DNA of 63,973 nucleotides, counting the filler, from Craspedostauros australis (Eukaryota), in the NCBI GenBank assembly GCA_030167865.1. It is 14 parts of 14 records of this genome, joined end to end, with 100 filler letters (N's around TTAATTAATTAA, not from the genome) between each part and the next. Parts side by side here need not be neighbours in the genome. Positions count along the whole stretch, not along the records: positions 61,037 to 62,687 come from JALAGF010003651.1; positions 62,788 to 63,973 come from JALAGF010003795.1; 12 more parts are not named here. The stretch is one strand, 5' to 3'. The position numbers and the translations under genes are program-made. This document shows, piece by piece, positions 60,937 through 63,973 of the stretch (its first letter is position 1; each line of letters opens with the position of its first letter). The notes under the pieces were generated by a model that was given only the letters and a program-made list of their open reading frames with translations, searched no databases and was not told the origin of the DNA.

Positions 60937-62188
60937 NNNNNNNNNNNNNNNNNNNNNNNNNNNNNNNNNNNNNNNNNNNNTTAATTAATTAANNNNNNNN
61001 NNNNNNNNNNNNNNNNNNNNNNNNNNNNNNNNNNNNTGCCAACTAGTAGCATGTCGGTGTGGCATGCTCTGTACAAGTAGTGCTTCAGCCTCCCATGACT
61101 TCGATTGCATCGGATGGTGTTTCATGTCCCACTTGATGCAATCCGTCTCTACTGTGTGGCTTACATGTGGCTACAACAATGTAATTTGCAACAGCCACGG
61201 TAGTATACATAATAGAGCAACGCGCGATGCATTGGACTGTCTGCTGTACGCATGCCAATAGAGGAATGATTGTGGCATGGTGCGACCTATACAAACGTGC
61301 CTACATAGTGAGGTTGCGGTTGTCATTAGGGATCTGTTGTCCTCCAATGCAATGCAGGACTTACACAGTATGAAAGGTAGACTGCTCCACTCAACGTCGT
61401 TGCAGCAGTCCATGCTGTCGGCTTGGCTGTCGCGTTCGATCAACACGTGACGATCAAACGACCGCGCATTTTGGTTGCGGGCGCGCGCTGCAGGGGGGTG
61501 CGTGACTTGAGTGGGACGCGGGAACGCTAAGAGAAACGGAGGAGGTGCCTTCTCGTAGTGGAGCTTTTTAGGCATGCAGCGCAGTTCGTGACCTTCATCA
61601 GGTAGGGAAGTTACATCAGTTCTACGTGGGGATGTGGAAAGATTCCCATCCAACATGGAAATACTACGAGGTCGAACGGAATTGTAATGTAAATTAAATT
61701 ATAATTCCGGCCCTCTCTCCCCAGCAATTCCACCCAAAAAGGGAAAGATCTCACACTGCCGTCGTGGTCACATGAAGAATACGCTCGGAATTCCAAAATA
61801 ATTTAAATTATAATTCCGGGTGGAATTACAATTTATTTCTTTGGGAAAGTGGAACAATCCCTTCAACAATGAAGTGGGATTTCTTTTTACTCTTGTACAG
61901 GGAGGAGCTCTTGCTGGCACTTGCGTCGATAGTGTTGTGCGACCCGCCATCGTCCATGTGGGATACCGCATAACAAATGCCATGTAATAGGTTACATAGA
62001 GGTTGTACTTTATTAGTTCCGCTGGAAGTACAGAACGAAGCGGGAATACCATGACTAATACCACCAGTACTATCAGGCAGGCAGGCAGGCCAATACACAA
62101 CTTGTTTGTTTGTACCGCAAATGAGACCATGTGCACATCAGGATGCACCACAAGAGTGTTTGGTGGAAAGGAGACACAAAACAGAAAC

Positions 62189-62687
62189 ATGGCCAAGCCG
62201 AAACGTTGGGTATACAGTTGCTCACAGGTGCAACTACTTAAAACGCACATCCAGACCGGAGCCATCCGACCCGAGTGGACCGCAAAAGAGGTGTGGAACA
62301 ACTCCGAAATCGCACGCCAATTCATCCAAAGCGAATTTCCCCGGAATCTGTCGAATCTGCGTGCGAAGGTCAGACAGGAGCAAAGTAAGTACCTTGGATT
62401 CATGACGTGTGCAATCATGATTTGCTCGACTACTGTGTGCGTGACTCATAAAACGTGACTAAAATTTTTTTACTCGTGATTGGGGTTTTCAGTCCAGAGA
62501 GACGCCAACGAATCTCCAACCGTGTCGGAGCTTGCTGCGCACGCGAAATCGATTCGGGAAGCTTCTCGAATGGTCCGGAACGACATCAACCTGACGAACC
62601 TAGACAACAACAACAACAACGCAACAACGCAGCCACCACCACCATCGCAACAAACAAACACCATGAAACACCCTCCTTCACCACCAG
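62189..62687 (+). CDS. Hypothetical protein, two exons (62189-62384; 62493 to contig end)
   Basis: A GTAAGT donor at 62385 and a TTTTCAG acceptor ending at 62492 join two ORFs in frame. Function unknown. Confidence 0.45.
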
Positions 62688-62787
62688 NNNNNNNNNNNNN
62701 NNNNNNNNNNNNNNNNNNNNNNNNNNNNNNNTTAATTAATTAANNNNNNNNNNNNNNNNNNNNNNNNNNNNNNNNNNNNNNNNNNNN

Positions 62788-62895
62788 CACACCCACACCC
62801 ACACTCACACTCACACTCACACCCACACCCACACCCACACTCACACTCACACTCACACTCACACCCACACTCACACTCACACTCACACTCACACT
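62788..62895. repeat. (CACACT/CACACC)n hexamer microsatellite
   Basis: Seen directly at the contig start. Confidence 0.9.
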
Positions 62896-63310
62896 GACAC
62901 AGCAAACAACGCACAACGACTGTACACACACTACACAACACAGACTACACACTCACATTCACAACGCACAACAAACGACGTACAGACCAATGACTGTACA
63001 CACACTACACAACACCCAAACGGACAAAGGGCAGACCAATTATCCACACTACAATACACTACGGACAACGCACGGACGCTAATGTACCACCCAATTCACC
63101 ATTTCCCGCAACTCCCAAATGTACCACCCAATGCCCATTTCCCACACCTCCCAAAATACCCCTAATCAACCCAAAATAGTGACAAACTTCAACACCCCAC
63201 AGCTCGCTCAATATCCACCCATTGACAAAAGCGAGCGTCACTACAGGTGCCCAAGAGCCCGCTCCAAACCACCAACCACCAAAAAGCCAAAAATAAAAAC
63301 GAATTATTGT

Positions 63311-63720
63311 TCAGGTTCCGGCTTTTATAAACCCTAACCTAAAAAATAACGCCCTTGACTTTCAGGGGTTCAGGTTTCTGTAAACCACAACCCTAACCCT
63401 AACTAACCCTAATGATGAACTTGTCGATCGTTGTCATAGTGTTCACACGAGCAACCAATGAAGCCCTAATGTACGAGGAAATAACACGGTGACGTACGAC
63501 GGCCAGACCGAAGTTTGGGTCGATTGACGGACGACGTGCAGACGTTTGTATGGGCACACAATCCACACGGTCGACGTACAGAAGTTAATGTCTGGGAAAT
63601 GATCCGCAACTCCCAAACAACACGAGATACTACGAGCCACGCGATACACCGTGTTAAACATGTACACCACGCTATACCATGATGATCATGTTTACACGCA
63701 CATCCACTTGTACACACACA
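63311..63720 (-). repeat. Telomere-like unit, degenerate (CCCTAA) remnant and subtelomeric repeat
   Basis: CCCTAACCCTAACTAACCCTAA at 63391-63412. The flanks are homologous to 34147-34230 and 34890-35215. Confidence 0.82.
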
Positions 63721-63973
63721 AGGTGCCCAGCTTTGATGGGTCCATGTCCGGTTTTGCCACCAGACTCCTTGGTTTCCAGCACGTCGAAGGCTTGGTGTTC
63801 CAGCGCACTGTGTACTGTGTCCACTCTGGAGCTCAGTTGTATCTTCCTCGAAGAGCTGCGCGGGCACGGGTACTCATTGGAACACTATTGTACCATGCTG
63901 CGCACCATCACGTCTCCAAAGTCTCTCCCCTTCAACCTTCACGTGGAGCAGATGGCGCAGGAGATCCTGGATG

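Overview
This is eukaryotic nuclear DNA, most likely from a diatom: GT-AG introns, RPB12 and RPL38, a TTAGGG telomere, an SFGH-ADH3 fusion, and diatom-type retroelements. The window is not one locus. It is 14 contigs joined by artificial 100-nt N44-TTAATTAATTAA-N44 linkers, and two contig pairs overlap as exact reverse complements (1-1319 = 7965-9283; 43463-47250 = 51734-55521). Genes include RPB12, RPL38, the SFGH-ADH3 fusion, two paralogous STAND/AAA ATPase-helical repeat proteins, a bacterial-type SAM methyltransferase, a head-to-head SPFH pair, a secreted peptidase-like protein and low-complexity proteins. Contig 27657-35306 is a chromosome end. From the inside out it carries a 30-bp satellite with a 210-bp higher-order repeat, a decayed CRE-like LINE holding a nested 5'-truncated LINE with a 16-bp TSD, a buried telomere-like unit, a subtelomeric repeat and (TTAGGG)n. 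Other contigs carry RNase H-bearing (Ambal-like) LINEs and a Copia fragment. The most notable signals are a covarying multi-hairpin RNA motif at the 3' ends of two divergent LINE families and a modular subtelomere with buried telomere remnants. Family assignments rest on motifs recognised by eye, not on database searches.
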